A stretch of 64,000 bases of DNA, taken from Perna viridis. Its lineage: Eukaryota. The notes beneath the pieces are model-generated. The model was not told where the DNA came from and ran no database searches. It was given only the letters and a program-made list of their open reading frames with translations. The position numbers and the translations under genes are program-made. This document shows, piece after piece, positions 62,293 through 64,000 of the stretch. Position 1 is the first letter of the stretch; every line of letters starts with the position of its first letter. The stretch spans positions 49,792,862 through 49,856,861 of the forward strand of contig CM074511.1 of assembly GCA_037379345.1 (NCBI GenBank). The letters are read 5' to 3'.

Positions 62293-62759
62293 ATCTGGGG
62301 GAGCACAGCAGATACATGTACATGAAAGATGTAAAAAATGAAAACACAAGTGAGCTAAAAAATGAAAGAAAACAAAAGTACATTGTATCTGGGGGTATCC
62401 CGGCAGATACTGTATAAATTTTGTCTAATCTTAGTACCTGAGGGAGCCCAGCAGGCACACCTACATCCTAAATCTTAGTGTCTGGGGGGAGCCCAGCAGA
62501 CACACCTACAACCTTATCTCAGTACCTGGGGGAGCCCAGCAGGCACGCCTACATCCTAAATCTTAGTGTCTGGGGGAGCCCAGCAGACACGCCTACAACC
62601 TTATCTTAGTACCTGGGCGGAGCCCGGCAGGCACACCTACTGACGTTTGGAAGCTGTGGACTAGATATCTGAGGGGAGCCCGGTAGATGCCACAATGATT
62701 CTAACCATTGAAAAAACTTTAAGGAAGTAAAAGATAACCTGGGGGAGCACAGCAGGTTA
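62293..62759. repeat. Array of nine stem-loops with conserved loop GGGGAGC(A/C)C(A/G)G and variable, covarying stems
   Basis: Stems ATCTG/CAGAT, GTATCTG/CAGATAC, CCTG/CAGG (x3), GTGTCTG/CAGACAC (x2), ATCTG/TAGAT, TAACCTG/CAGGTTA. Confidence 0.8.
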
Positions 62760-62801
62760 ACAACATAAAAGCATTTGTGCAATCTGAATTGGGGATTAAA
62801 T

Positions 62802-63619
62802 CAGGGGCGTAGCTGCCTATACGCAAATACGCAGTTGCTTACTTTCGGAAAAATTAACAAAAAATAAAAACACACATTTTAAAGATGAAATAAAGGTTAT
62901 TTATCACATATGCATACCATGAACGTAGTATAGGCTCTGAAAAACTGGCTCCAAAATCGTTAAAATTCAGGAGGGCTTTGTTTGTTTGTTTGTTTGTTTG
63001 TTTGTTTGTTGGGATTTAACGTCCGAGCAGCAATATTTCAGCTATATTCAGACGATGAACATGAAATTGATGATAAAATGAACTAGAAATGATGATGAAA
63101 TGAAAAAGGGATGGGACACAAGGACAATGGGGGGTCGATAAATTTTGATTGCCACTGGAAATAGGGAGAGGTGGGTAGGGTCGGGCAATTTAGCCTCCTG
63201 TGGCGGAGCCCTATGGTTCCTACTCCGGGAGAATACCACAGTAAGGTTCTTTAATGTGCGAGGAACGTGGCATTTTTCCCAACACGGTGCACCACTATGG
63301 TTTGCGGTCAGGTTTTCTGTATTATAGCCTGACAACCCCAGCATGTAACACGCCAGGGGTACCCCATTCCACCACCTGGGGCACACATCCCAGTTGCTCT
63401 GTGGGCAGAGCGCCCTAGCCCCCGGCTAGGGTTCTGAGCACTATTTAGTCGGCTTTTACGACAAGCTTAGCGCTGCTGCGGGCCTATTCTTTTAACGCCC
63501 GGACCTGCACGGGTTCTTAGGGCTTTGCCTTGCCGGACTCACTGGGGGCCTTGAGCAACCCCCCAAGACCCCTCGCCGTAATTTTGCGTACAACTAAAAC
63601 AGGCCTAGCTACGCCCCTG
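62802..63619. mobile_element. MITE (same family as 19308-19518) carrying SINE copy 6
   Basis: TIRs CAGGGGCGTAGCT / AGCTACGCCCCTG; shares the subterminal GACCCC..GCCGTAATTTTGC. Confidence 0.8.
62981..63513 (-). mobile_element. SINE-like retroposon copy 6, nested in a MITE
   Basis: Reverse-complement homology; (TTTG)n tail on the + strand; TSD AGGGCTTTG at 62972-62980 and 63519-63527, with 5 extra nt at the element 5' end. Confidence 0.92.
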
Positions 63620-64000
63620 AAAATTCCAGAAAAATGGAATTGAAAACGTCAAATTGAGTATAACGAGCAGTCAAATTTTCTGGTAATAATAAATTATACG
63701 GTAAAATACGATGCACACTGCGACCCAAGTTGCTTGCTTCGAAGGCATAATAAAACTGCTACGTGATTTCCGTAACACATGCCATGAATAGATGCACAAA
63801 ATGAAAGTAAAACAACGGCTATTGAAGTCCAATAAATATGAAGTTTGGAAAGCTACATTCCATCAAGTGGAATTCACTGAAATTTGTTTGGGGTCCAGCT
63901 GCCTCAGCCTAAAAAATCCATGACATCATGCGTAGGTCATGTGACTTGTGCATGTCTATCTAAAATAACTGTGAAGTTAGGGGAACGAGGAAGGGGAGAA

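Noticed and set aside
62293-62759. CRISPR-like repeat/spacer appearance
   Set aside because: Eukaryotic intron-rich context, irregular and partly repeated spacers, variable repeats and no cas genes; reported instead as a hairpin array.

Overview
AT-rich, intron-rich animal genomic DNA, most likely a bivalve mollusc (inferred from gene structure and repeat types). Four spliced genes were assembled by hand from GT-AG junctions: (1) the 3' 14 exons of COG6 (+, 281-11144); (2) a small secreted WAP-type cysteine-rich protein (-, ~11673-12031); (3) a complete 30-exon RRM-Tudor-coiled-coil-pseudokinase gene of the STK31/TDRD8 type (+, 20314-53236); (4) the 5' part of a secreted Ly6/uPAR-like + fibrinogen-domain protein (+, 57162 to at least 61064). 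Introns and spacers hold a decayed hAT transposon, many MITEs, Helentron-associated (HINE-like) elements, Penelope-like remnants and tandem repeats. The most striking item is a ~510-bp retroposon present in six copies, none 5'-truncated. It has target-site duplications and a microsatellite tail, but no tRNA/Pol III head. All copies instead begin at a compact pseudoknot plus nested stems with pairing-preserving changes between copies, a candidate ribozyme-headed SINE. A second unexplained structure is an array of nine hairpins with covarying stems and a conserved GGAG-containing loop at 62293-62759. All calls are by eye; no searches or folding programs were run.
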